From assembly GCF_002945325.1 (NCBI RefSeq), contig NZ_CP026606.1, forward strand, positions 750,001 through 782,000: 32,000 nt of DNA, given 5' to 3'. Below are positions 8,451-16,182 of this stretch, piece by piece (the first letter of the stretch is position 1; each line of letters begins with the position of its first letter). The stretch is from Methanococcus maripaludis. Its GTDB lineage: Archaea; AGJL01; Methanococci; Methanococcales; Methanococcaceae. The translations under genes and the position numbers were made by a program. The notes beneath the pieces were generated by a model that saw only the letters and a list, made by a program, of their open reading frames with translations, did no database searches and was not told the origin of the DNA.

Positions 8451-8859
8451 AAGATATGTTTACAGTATTTGGAGGGATTGAATTTACTGAATTGTTAACA
8501 TTACTACTGGATATATTAACAACTCCATTATTATCGGGATCGGGACTAAATATAATATATGTAGTCGAATTTACACTAATTGTCTTATTTGAAATCATAA
8601 TTGTATAATTTAGGTTACCCACTGGCTTAAAAGTTGCATTTATGGCAACATCTTTTGAATATGCTGTGATTGCATAATTTTCGAAATTATCAAGTATTGC
8701 ATGCCCCCGTTCAACAGTTTCAGACTCTTTAAATGATTTTGCCATGTTTAATACATTTTGACCAGTAAATGCAAAAATTAATAATAGAAAGAGCATTGCG
8801 AGTATAAAATCAAAAGAAACCTGTCCTTTTTTAGTTGATGTCAATTTGAACATACTCAT
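8404..8859 (-). CDS. epdC: minor pilin-like protein with class III signal peptide (EpdC-like by position)
   Basis: M(SM)FKLTSTKKG|QVSFDFILAMLFLLLIFAF has a basic leader, Gly at -1, Gln at +1, an acidic residue at +5 and a hydrophobic helix. It has several N-x-S/T sequons. It is the second of two adjacent pilin genes, as I recall for M. maripaludis epdB-epdC. Confidence 0.75.
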   Translation of the reverse strand: MSMFKLTSTKKGQVSFDFILAMLFLLLIFAFTGQNVLNMAKSFKESETVERGHAILDNFENYAITAYSKDVAINATFKPVGNLNYTIMISNKTISVNSTTYIIFSPDPDNNGVVNISSSNVNNSVNSIPPNTVNISFGDFYVTKKLQISIQ

Positions 8860-9247
8860 CCATCCTTGTTAAATTAACTGTTAATATCTTCAATGAAGTA
8901 GTTTCATGAGTAAATGAAGTGCTTCCAAGCTTATTTTTTAGAGTTACCGTAGTATTTGTTGAAATATTATAACCGTCCCCAGATATCGAAATTGACCTAT
9001 TATTAATCTCCCATTTTGAAATTGGGGATTTAACATAAACCATCTTTGATGAACCCGGATCCGATACCGAAAGCAATTCAACACTGCTCTTAACTTTTGA
9101 AAGTGCAGCATGCGCCAAACTTGCCGAAGATAACTCTACAGATTTATTCAATCCAAAAATTCCTGGAGTCATTGTAGATACAACAACCGCTACAAGAAGT
9201 GCTAAAAATAATACGATAAATTCTACTGAAACCTGTCCTTTTGACAT
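8831..9247 (-). CDS. epdB: minor pilin-like protein with class III signal peptide (EpdB-like by position)
   Basis: MSKG|QVSVEFIVLFLALLVAVVV counted from the ATG at 9247, with GAGG 10 nt upstream. The ORF track starts at a TTG at 9262, giving MRNVDMSKG. Gln at +1, Glu at +5, five N-x-S/T sequons. Confidence 0.75.
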   Translation of the reverse strand: MSKGQVSVEFIVLFLALLVAVVVSTMTPGIFGLNKSVELSSASLAHAALSKVKSSVELLSVSDPGSSKMVYVKSPISKWEINNRSISISGDGYNISTNTTVTLKNKLGSTSFTHETTSLKILTVNLTRMDEYVQIDIN

Positions 9248-9280
9248 ATCAACATTCCTCAAAAATTAAAAATAGGTAGT

Positions 9281-10174
9281 TTAAAGCATCCATATATCTT
9301 TGGTATTTTCTTCTTCATCATACCAATACATTTTGTATGAAAAACTTAATTCTTGATTTGATGAAGTAGTATATACGAGTGCAGGGACATCAAATGTTTT
9401 GTAAAACCCTGGGCCCAAGTCAAACACGGGAACTAGTGTGTTATCGAGCATTGTCGATCCATAACTGCTTAATTCGTTGTGATCACTTACCCAGTCAGAA
9501 TATGAATCTACCCAGGTATTTACCGAATATTTACTTATAAATTTATCACAAGTGCTGTAATCCTTTAATACAATTGGTGCAGGTATCAAAATACTCAGCA
9601 CATCTGTATCGTTTTTGACTATTGAGCCTTTCACATAAAGTTTAAAGTTATCAAGCCCTATTTTATCTTTTTTGGATGCAGGAATTATTTCACTTAAATC
9701 AATGAGTTTTGTTTTCGGATACGCTGCAGGGCCAGATATCTCCATTGTTCGAACCACTTCATCGTCATCTTCTTCATCGTCATCTTCTTTTGTAGTTAAT
9801 ACATCAACCCTTGTAGAATACATCTTTATATTTGCAGTCGTGTAAGGGGGGATCCAAAATCCTTCCTGTCCATTTAATTCTGATTTTGGAGTGATATCAA
9901 ATGTAACTGGATCGGTAGACTCTTCTTCGTCGTCATCGTCACTCTCACCATTTGTTAATTCCATGAAATTTTTTGAAGATTTTAAATCTTTCTCGATATA
10001 TTCAATTTCTTCTGGAATCGTTATGAATACGGAATATGGGTATTCGTTTGTAATTTCTCCGGTTAAACTCCAGTATGTATCCAGGGTAGCAACTGTAGTT
10101 TCAGAATGTGCATTTGGAATTATTGATATTAAAAATAAAAAAATAGTTAAATATTTTATATTAAGCATTTTCAT
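9281..10174 (-). CDS. secreted pilus-locus protein with two poly-acidic tracts
   Basis: 297 aa. Sec-type signal MKMLNIKYLTIFLFLISIIPNAHS|ETT. Acidic runs GESDDDDEEEST and KEDDDEEDDDEV. Its start shares one nucleotide with the upstream stop (TGATG). Confidence 0.7.
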   Translation of the reverse strand: MKMLNIKYLTIFLFLISIIPNAHSETTVATLDTYWSLTGEITNEYPYSVFITIPEEIEYIEKDLKSSKNFMELTNGESDDDDEEESTDPVTFDITPKSELNGQEGFWIPPYTTANIKMYSTRVDVLTTKEDDDEEDDDEVVRTMEISGPAAYPKTKLIDLSEIIPASKKDKIGLDNFKLYVKGSIVKNDTDVLSILIPAPIVLKDYSTCDKFISKYSVNTWVDSYSDWVSDHNELSSYGSTMLDNTLVPVFDLGPGFYKTFDVPALVYTTSSNQELSFSYKMYWYDEEENTKDIWML

Positions 10175-11322
10175 CAGTTACCACCTGCTGCTTTTACAAT
10201 GAATAGGTCCTCACTGTTTACTGCAACCAAGTTTGAAACTTTTTCGGTCGGTACTGCAACTATTAATAAGTAATTTACATTTTCATCAAATATTTGAGTG
10301 TTGTCTTCAATTTTATTAAGTCTTTCACCGTAGCTTCCAAATTTATCGATGACTGTTCCGATATCTAATTTATCAGCAGCAGTTGCATGAAGAACTCCTG
10401 GCAAGTTATTAAGGGTGTATGAAATTGATGAAGTACTTTCAACTGTTGATTCACTTCCCTCGTCGTTTACGACATTTGATACGGATCTTTCTTCACTATA
10501 TCCTATATCTGGGAGAATCACGTAAGATGAATCAATTACTGCATAAGCAATAGGTGCTTCAGGAGTATTTTTGTTGTATACCAATATTGAATCTCCGGAA
10601 AGTGGTATTTTACCACACTGTCTTGAAGATACAACAACTGTAAGTTTATTTAAGTTAGATACTGGAGTTACCCTAAATTCTTTGAGCTGCATTATGCCCA
10701 TTGAATCAGTAATTTCTAAAACGTCGTCTTTTGTCATGAAATATTCTTGACCAGACATTTCAACATAAAAGTATGAATCTCCAGACGATATTGTTTTTTC
10801 AAGCGATTTTTCAAGAATTTCTTTAACTTCTTCTTCCACGTTTGACTGTTTGAACAGCTCATCAACTTCTGCAGTTGAATTTGCAGCATTTATTTTTCTT
10901 TCGAGTTCATTTGCCTTTATACTGCTCCCATAATACTCCCCATACATATCCTTAATCTGATTTATGGCCAGAGTCTTATACTGCTTTATTTCCAAATATT
11001 TTTGGGCATCATCCAAAATACGTTCGATATTTTCCTCATCTTGACTTTGCTGTAGTTTAATCACATACGCTATTTTCTGAGGATCATTTGGATACTCAAA
11101 GAATAATTTGTCAATTGTATCTATTGCAACCGCCCTGTTATTTTCTAATTCTTCAAGTTCCCTGTTTTTTGCAGTGAAATAAATATTGTAAACCTCAAAA
11201 ATCACAATAACCGAAACCACAATAACTAGTGCCATCCTAAGCTGTTTCGGAGGTATCCTAGAAGATTTTTTTGATTTAGATTTCAAACTCTTCAATTTAC
11301 CACTATACTCTTCAGCAGGCAT
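10174..11322 (-). CDS. single-pass membrane protein of the pilus locus, C-terminal region possibly CpaB/RcpC-like
   Basis: 382 aa with a very strong RBS (AGGAAGGAGGGAG). A basic N-terminus and one TM (LRMALVIVVSVIVIFEVY) are followed by a charged helical region. The C-terminal pattern is LSGDSILVY...AYAVIDSSYVILPD...YLLIVAVPTEKVSNLVAVNSEDLFIVKAAG. Confidence 0.7.
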   Translation of the reverse strand: MPAEEYSGKLKSLKSKSKKSSRIPPKQLRMALVIVVSVIVIFEVYNIYFTAKNRELEELENNRAVAIDTIDKLFFEYPNDPQKIAYVIKLQQSQDEENIERILDDAQKYLEIKQYKTLAINQIKDMYGEYYGSSIKANELERKINAANSTAEVDELFKQSNVEEEVKEILEKSLEKTISSGDSYFYVEMSGQEYFMTKDDVLEITDSMGIMQLKEFRVTPVSNLNKLTVVVSSRQCGKIPLSGDSILVYNKNTPEAPIAYAVIDSSYVILPDIGYSEERSVSNVVNDEGSESTVESTSSISYTLNNLPGVLHATAADKLDIGTVIDKFGSYGERLNKIEDNTQIFDENVNYLLIVAVPTEKVSNLVAVNSEDLFIVKAAGGN

Positions 11323-11447
11323 AAACTCCCTCCTTCCTGAAATTATAACAATGAAATAATAAATATGGATATTAAATATATTGTCAGGATCTTTTAAATA
11401 TATTTTCTATTGTCTTCAAAATATCTATTTTAAAATTTAAAAAATTA

Positions 11448-11837
11448 TTAACCTGACCAGGCTATGCTGAAATCATATTTTGTTGTATCTATATCCTGAG
11501 TCTCTACAACGTAATTTTTCACAAAAACCCGAGTATTAACAGGAACTGGTGTTGTATTTGAAATATACACAGTTATATTTTCATAATTATTACCTGCATT
11601 ATCCCAGGTCATCCCTGCATAAATAAGTGTTCCCTCGGTTTGTGTCCCATTATATCCGGAATTTACGAGTGAAACCGCAGTTTTTGCACCCAAATCAATT
11701 TTATCAAGTGTTCTAGTTCCTTCGTCAAATGAAGAAGTTAAAAAATACGTAATTGTTATTGTAGATATCAAAAGTATCGAAAGAACGATTATTGAAAATT
11801 CAAAAGATATCTGACCCCGATTAGAACGTTTAAACAT
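11448..11837 (-). CDS. epdA: minor pilin-like protein with class III signal peptide (EpdA-like by position)
   Basis: MFKRSNRG|[19 protein letters not shown] has Gly at -1, Gln at +1 and Glu at +5. It starts 1 nt after the eppA stop, with a GGTGG RBS inside the eppA 3' end. Confidence 0.8.
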   Translation of the reverse strand: MFKRSNRGQISFEFSIIVLSILLISTITITYFLTSSFDEGTRTLDKIDLGAKTAVSLVNSGYNGTQTEGTLIYAGMTWDNAGNNYENITVYISNTTPVPVNTRVFVKNYVVETQDIDTTKYDFSIAWSG

Positions 11838-11838
11838 G

Positions 11839-12879
11839 TTATCCCACCAGATAATTTATAAAGCCCATATTTAGTAGGGTAATTACACAGTAAGCAACAA
11901 GCACAAATGGAACAAACGGATACGTAGTTAAAACATTTAATTCCCCGCCGATTTTCCCTTCATTTTGCAGTTTATTTAATAATTCCAGATTTTCATCCGA
12001 AAGACCTTCTCCATCAGTCATTAACGATTTTCCTTCGAGTTTACCCATTTCTCCATAAATCATGTGCTTGAAACGCTTCAAAATATTTGCATTTTCAACA
12101 GTTACTTCGCCATTTTCTTTTATTGTTACAATGTCCCGAATTATATCTCCCTCTTTTAAATCGCTGATTTGTTTTTTTGAAGATATTTCAGCACCTGTTA
12201 ATGCGTATATTACCAGAGAAATTAAGGAAAGCTGTCCAATATACACAAAAAACGAAATAAGAACATTTTCGGATACAAAATACGCAGGATTGAGTAAATA
12301 AAATCCAACCAAGTAAATAGGCGTAATATATCCAAGTTTATTAGATATAATTCGATATTTTGGAATTTTTCGGGAAATAAATATCGATAAAATTATGTAA
12401 ATCCATAGTATTGTCTTGGTATTTCCAATAGAATATATTTCTGTAATTGAAACTATTATTCCAATAAGCATTGCAAGATATGCGGAAGATGGAACAATAT
12501 CTTTCCAGTAATTTTTTAATATTTTTGTCATCGGAAAAATTGCCGCAAACAATGCGCTTAAACCGATTAATATTAAAATATTTTTCGGAACGAAATATAT
12601 AGTTTCTGCTGCAAAAAGAGGAGATAGTGCCGTAAACATCTTAACGTCTCCACCACCCATGCCGACCCCAAGAATTAAACATAAAATTAACGTTGCAAAA
12701 AACGAAGTTATGGCATCAAAACCAAAAAAATAATACCCGAGTGGTAAATTAACAATTAACATTAATATAATTACAAAATGGGGAATTATTCGCTCTTTGA
12801 TATCAGTATATGTTGCAGTCAGTATCAGTAAAAAATTAAATAAATAAACTCCTAAAATTAAATTATCAAATCCAAACAT
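11839..12879 (-). CDS. eppA: archaeal prepilin peptidase (A24 family), EppA-like
   Basis: Polytopic membrane protein with the two catalytic-Asp contexts [11 protein letters not shown] and [11 protein letters not shown] hydrophilic insert of roughly 90 aa precedes the last TM. The start is placed at the internal ATG ([10 protein letters not shown]); the ORF-track start at 12927 would overlap the upstream gene. Confidence 0.85.
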   Translation of the reverse strand: MFGFDNLILGVYLFNFLLILTATYTDIKERIIPHFVIILMLIVNLPLGYYFFGFDAITSFFATLILCLILGVGMGGGDVKMFTALSPLFAAETIYFVPKNILILIGLSALFAAIFPMTKILKNYWKDIVPSSAYLAMLIGIIVSITEIYSIGNTKTILWIYIILSIFISRKIPKYRIISNKLGYITPIYLVGFYLLNPAYFVSENVLISFFVYIGQLSLISLVIYALTGAEISSKKQISDLKEGDIIRDIVTIKENGEVTVENANILKRFKHMIYGEMGKLEGKSLMTDGEGLSDENLELLNKLQNEGKIGGELNVLTTYPFVPFVLVAYCVITLLNMGFINYLVG

Positions 12880-12892
12880 GGTTTTTCCGCCC

Positions 12893-13261
12893 TTAAACTG
12901 AATTATCCTTTCCAAGTTTTTCTTCAACTCGCCTTTTTATATTCATTAAAATTTCATGATTATCAATAAATTCGATCGAATCATTTATGTTCTTATCTTT
13001 AGTAAGTTCTGTAATCTCTTTTAAAACTTCGGATGCGATTTCTGGCTTATGAATCCAGTTGCATTTCATACAGCTCCAGATTAAAGATCCGTCTTTTCTT
13101 TTTACAAATTCGCCCAAGTTTTCATCTTCACAGGGGTAAAATGGGCAGTAGCACCAAAGGCACGATTGATTTTCATAGTGGCATGGATAATATTCGCAAT
13201 CCCTATTTGCTCCGCAGAGGGATAGAACTTTTTTTAAGTGGTCTTTTGCTAAATCTATCAT
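12893..13261 (-). CDS. cysteine-rich small-domain protein
   Basis: 122 aa. CGANRDCEYYPCHYENQSCLWCYCPFYPCED...WSCMKCNW matches the 'cysteine-rich small domain' pattern (CxYYPCH...CxWCYCPxYPC). It lies directly upstream of eppA on the same strand. Confidence 0.7.
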   Translation of the reverse strand: MIDLAKDHLKKVLSLCGANRDCEYYPCHYENQSCLWCYCPFYPCEDENLGEFVKRKDGSLIWSCMKCNWIHKPEIASEVLKEITELTKDKNINDSIEFIDNHEILMNIKRRVEEKLGKDNSV

Positions 13262-13342
13262 ATATGCACCATTTTCATTTATCGAATGAAATATATAGTA
13301 ATTTAATCTATTTATTGTTTTATATATGCCCGAGGTGAATTA

Positions 13343-14029
13343 ATGAAAGATCTAATCGCTCTTGCAGAGGAAATTAAGGACGAAAAATTAAGAAAAAAAG
13401 TTATTGAATATATAAATAATCCCCTACCCAAACATCCTGAAATTGAAAGTACTGGAATAACAATTGAAAACTCTCCTGCGAGCGTTAAACGGCATCATAA
13501 ATACCCCGGAGGACTCCTTGAACATACAATTGCGGTTACAAAAATGGCTGTAAAAATGGCAGAAGCTTTGGAAGAAACATATGGAATTGAACTAAACCGT
13601 GATTTACTCATTTCTGGAGGAATACTCCACGACCTTATGAAACCGCAAAATTATCAGTTAAAAGATGGAAAATTCGACCATCTTTCAGATTTTCACCTTG
13701 ATCATTTAACACTTGGAATTGCAGAACTTTACAGAAGAGATTTTCCACTCGAAGTTATAAAAGTTGTAGCAAGCCACCACGGAGACCACGGACCTGTAAG
13801 TCCCGATTCAATTGAAGCATGGCTAATTCATCATGCAGACAATGTAGATGCTGCAATTAATGATATAGGAATTAGAATATGTCAGGCAAGATCTAGGGAG
13901 TTTGGAATTGATGATTCACAAATTTATAAAATAGTTACCCCTTTAAAACTTTATGAAATGCGTAAAAAATTAGGAAAAGATAAATTAAAAGAATTTTTAA
14001 AGGAAAAATTAGAAATAAAGGATGAATAA
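13343..14029 (+). CDS. HD-domain metal-dependent phosphohydrolase (YhaM-like HD module)
   Basis: 228 aa. Motifs HHKYPGGLLEHTIAV, GGILHDLMKP, ASHHGDHGP and IHHADNVDA. GAGGTGA RBS. Confidence 0.8.
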   Translation: MKDLIALAEEIKDEKLRKKVIEYINNPLPKHPEIESTGITIENSPASVKRHHKYPGGLLEHTIAVTKMAVKMAEALEETYGIELNRDLLISGGILHDLMKPQNYQLKDGKFDHLSDFHLDHLTLGIAELYRRDFPLEVIKVVASHHGDHGPVSPDSIEAWLIHHADNVDAAINDIGIRICQARSREFGIDDSQIYKIVTPLKLYEMRKKLGKDKLKEFLKEKLEIKDE

Positions 14030-14069
14030 TTAATTTATTTTACTTTTAACTTTGAAAACAGGTGGAAAA

Positions 14070-14801
14070 TTGATAGAAATGGTTAATATCCACAAAAAAT
14101 TCAAAGAGGCCCATGTTTTAAAAGGAGTAGATTTAAAAGTGGCTAAAGGAGAAGTTTTAGTAATTGTCGGCCCAAGTGGCAGCGGAAAATCTACACTTCT
14201 TAGATGCATTAATGGACTTGAAAAAATTACTGAAGGACATATTTTCTTTGAAGGGGACGATATAACCGATAAAAAAGTAAATATCAATAAGATTAGGCAA
14301 AAAATCGGTATGGTATTCCAGCAATTTAATTTATTCCCCCATTTAACCGTTTTAGATAATATTACGTTTGCTCCGAGAAAAGTTTTAAACGTTCCAAAAA
14401 AAGAAGCGGAAAATTTAGCAAGAGAACTATTAAAAAAAGTGGGTTTGGAAGGAAAAGAAAATCAATACCCAATACAGCTTTCAGGCGGGCAGCAACAGAG
14501 AGTTGCAATTGCACGAGCTCTTGCAATGAAACCGGATGCAATGTTATTTGACGAACCAACTTCTGCGCTTGACCCTGAACTCGTAAAAGAAGTACTCGAT
14601 GTAATGAAACAGCTTGCCTATGAAGGAATGACAATGGTTGTTGTAACTCACGAAATGGGTTTTGCAAAAGAAGTCGGCGACAGACTCATTTTTATTGACG
14701 ATGGCCAGATTTTAGAGGACGGAAATCCCTCAGATGTATTTAATAATCCTAAAAATGAAAGAACGAAAAACTTCTTTGGAAAAATTCTATCACATAATTA
14801 A
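14070..14801 (+). CDS. ABC transporter ATP-binding protein, polar amino-acid (GlnQ/HisP-like) type
   Basis: Walker [11 protein letters not shown]-loop, signature [15 protein letters not shown], Walker [12 protein letters not shown] and H-loop VVVTHEM. The start is uncertain: TTG at 14070 after GGTGG, ATG at 14079, or the ORF-track TTG at 14052. Confidence 0.9.
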   Translation: MIEMVNIHKKFKEAHVLKGVDLKVAKGEVLVIVGPSGSGKSTLLRCINGLEKITEGHIFFEGDDITDKKVNINKIRQKIGMVFQQFNLFPHLTVLDNITFAPRKVLNVPKKEAENLARELLKKVGLEGKENQYPIQLSGGQQQRVAIARALAMKPDAMLFDEPTSALDPELVKEVLDVMKQLAYEGMTMVVVTHEMGFAKEVGDRLIFIDDGQILEDGNPSDVFNNPKNERTKNFFGKILSHN

Positions 14802-14829
14802 TAATTTTAAAAATAAACATAAAATAAAA

Positions 14830-15951
14830 TTAATATTTTTTTGAATGGTATTCAGATATTAAAACGACCAGATCTGAAAGTTCTGCATCTGTTTTTAAAC
14901 CATAAGGATTGTAATGAACCCTTGTAACTTTAAATCCATTTTCTTTTAAATTTTCCATGATATCGTTTACCGGCGGAACCAGCTTTTTTATAAAACTGCA
15001 GAGCTCGTGAATATCAAAACAGCCTACCCGATTAATTTTTGATTCATTTGAAATCAGTTCTAAAATATTTACTGCTCTTTTTGAATAATTTCTAGTTTTA
15101 GCAGTATTTAATGCATTTTGAACGATATTTTTATCTGAAATGTCACCTAAATAGAATGGACCTGCGTATCCTTTTTCAGACCCTTCTTCAAATGTCTTAA
15201 ATGATTTTTGTTCACTATCCTGCCGGATATACCCTAAATTTTCAATTGCAGAATCTGCTTTTCCGGCTCCCCGTTCTGTAACCATGAAAGTTCTTGCATA
15301 GTGATCCGTTACATGTGAAAATATCGGTTTTAATCCAATATCATATTTTGAAGCCATTTTTACAGCATATCCAATCATTAAACGTACTGCAAGTTCCTTA
15401 TCGCCTTTTAAAGGCACCGCATTGTATTTTCTAATGCATGTTTTTCGGTATGCTCCGCATAATACCGCCGTATCTGTTGCAGTCATACATAAAAGTCCCC
15501 CTTTTGTGAGACTTGCCCTGATTCCACTATCTAAATAAGGAACCGGGGAACCAAATGGATCTAAATCAACTACATTAAATACTTTAAAGTTTTTTGAAAG
15601 AAGTACATTTGCATCTTCGTGAAATACTTCGACATTTTCAAGTTCATTTAATTTTAAATTCTCTTTTATCATTTTTACAGCGCTTGGATTAATATCTCCA
15701 ATCGAAACTTTCAAATCCCCGTTAAATTTCAATTCTTTTGCGTATCGGATCCCTCTTGCACCACTGCCCCCGAGAGGATCGCACATTAAAAATTCATCTC
15801 TTTTGAAATCGTCTAAAAATGATTGAACAACTGAAACAGAAATATCCCGATTTGTTTCCATTACAGGATTATAAAATACAGTATCTTTCTTCGATAAAGT
15901 TGATTCCTCTGGAACCATCAGTTTTGTCTCGCCTTCACTAATTATTTTCAT
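14830..15951 (-). CDS. trm1: tRNA (guanine26-N2)-dimethyltransferase Trm1
   Basis: About 373 aa. SAM-binding DPLGGSGARGIRYA, the VVDLDPFGSP motif and overall Trm1 layout. The ATG at 15951 has GGTGA 5 nt upstream (the ORF track starts at a GTG at 15960). Confidence 0.9.
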   Translation of the reverse strand: MKIISEGETKLMVPEESTLSKKDTVFYNPVMETNRDISVSVVQSFLDDFKRDEFLMCDPLGGSGARGIRYAKELKFNGDLKVSIGDINPSAVKMIKENLKLNELENVEVFHEDANVLLSKNFKVFNVVDLDPFGSPVPYLDSGIRASLTKGGLLCMTATDTAVLCGAYRKTCIRKYNAVPLKGDKELAVRLMIGYAVKMASKYDIGLKPIFSHVTDHYARTFMVTERGAGKADSAIENLGYIRQDSEQKSFKTFEEGSEKGYAGPFYLGDISDKNIVQNALNTAKTRNYSKRAVNILELISNESKINRVGCFDIHELCSFIKKLVPPVNDIMENLKENGFKVTRVHYNPYGLKTDAELSDLVVLISEYHSKKY

Positions 15952-16097
15952 CCACTTCACCAGTAAATCTCCATAATTATCCGTTTTTAAGCTTATTTAT
16001 ATAATTAAAGCTCGAACTTCGTATCGATAATGATATATAGTAATCTTACTTATCCTATGATATTGATTAATATAATTCTAGTTATAAATACCCCCTG

Positions 16098-16137
16098 TAA
16101 TATCGGGATTTAAATCGGGGTTATCCTCCCGATATTA
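16098..16137. promoter_or_regulatory. 11-bp inverted repeat (TAATATCGGGA-N18-TCCCGATATTA) in the trm1/nrdD divergent intergenic region
   Basis: Read directly from the sequence. The arms are at 16098-16108 and 16127-16137, and a third ATCGGG copy sits in the spacer. It lies just downstream of a TTATAAATA TATA-like box (16082-16090) and about 45 nt upstream of the nrdD ATG. Confidence 0.35.
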
Positions 16138-16182
16138 ACATTTATTGAATTATTTATTTTTTATTCTCTTTTAGGTGGTTCA

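Noticed and set aside
13319-13327. TTTATATAT box as promoter of the HD-domain gene
   Set aside because: It is only about 20 nt from the ATG at 13343, which has a clear GAGGTGA RBS. A start about 25 nt downstream of this box would fall inside the ORF. An upstream AAATATATAG (about 13289-13300) is an equally plausible TATA, so no promoter call was made.
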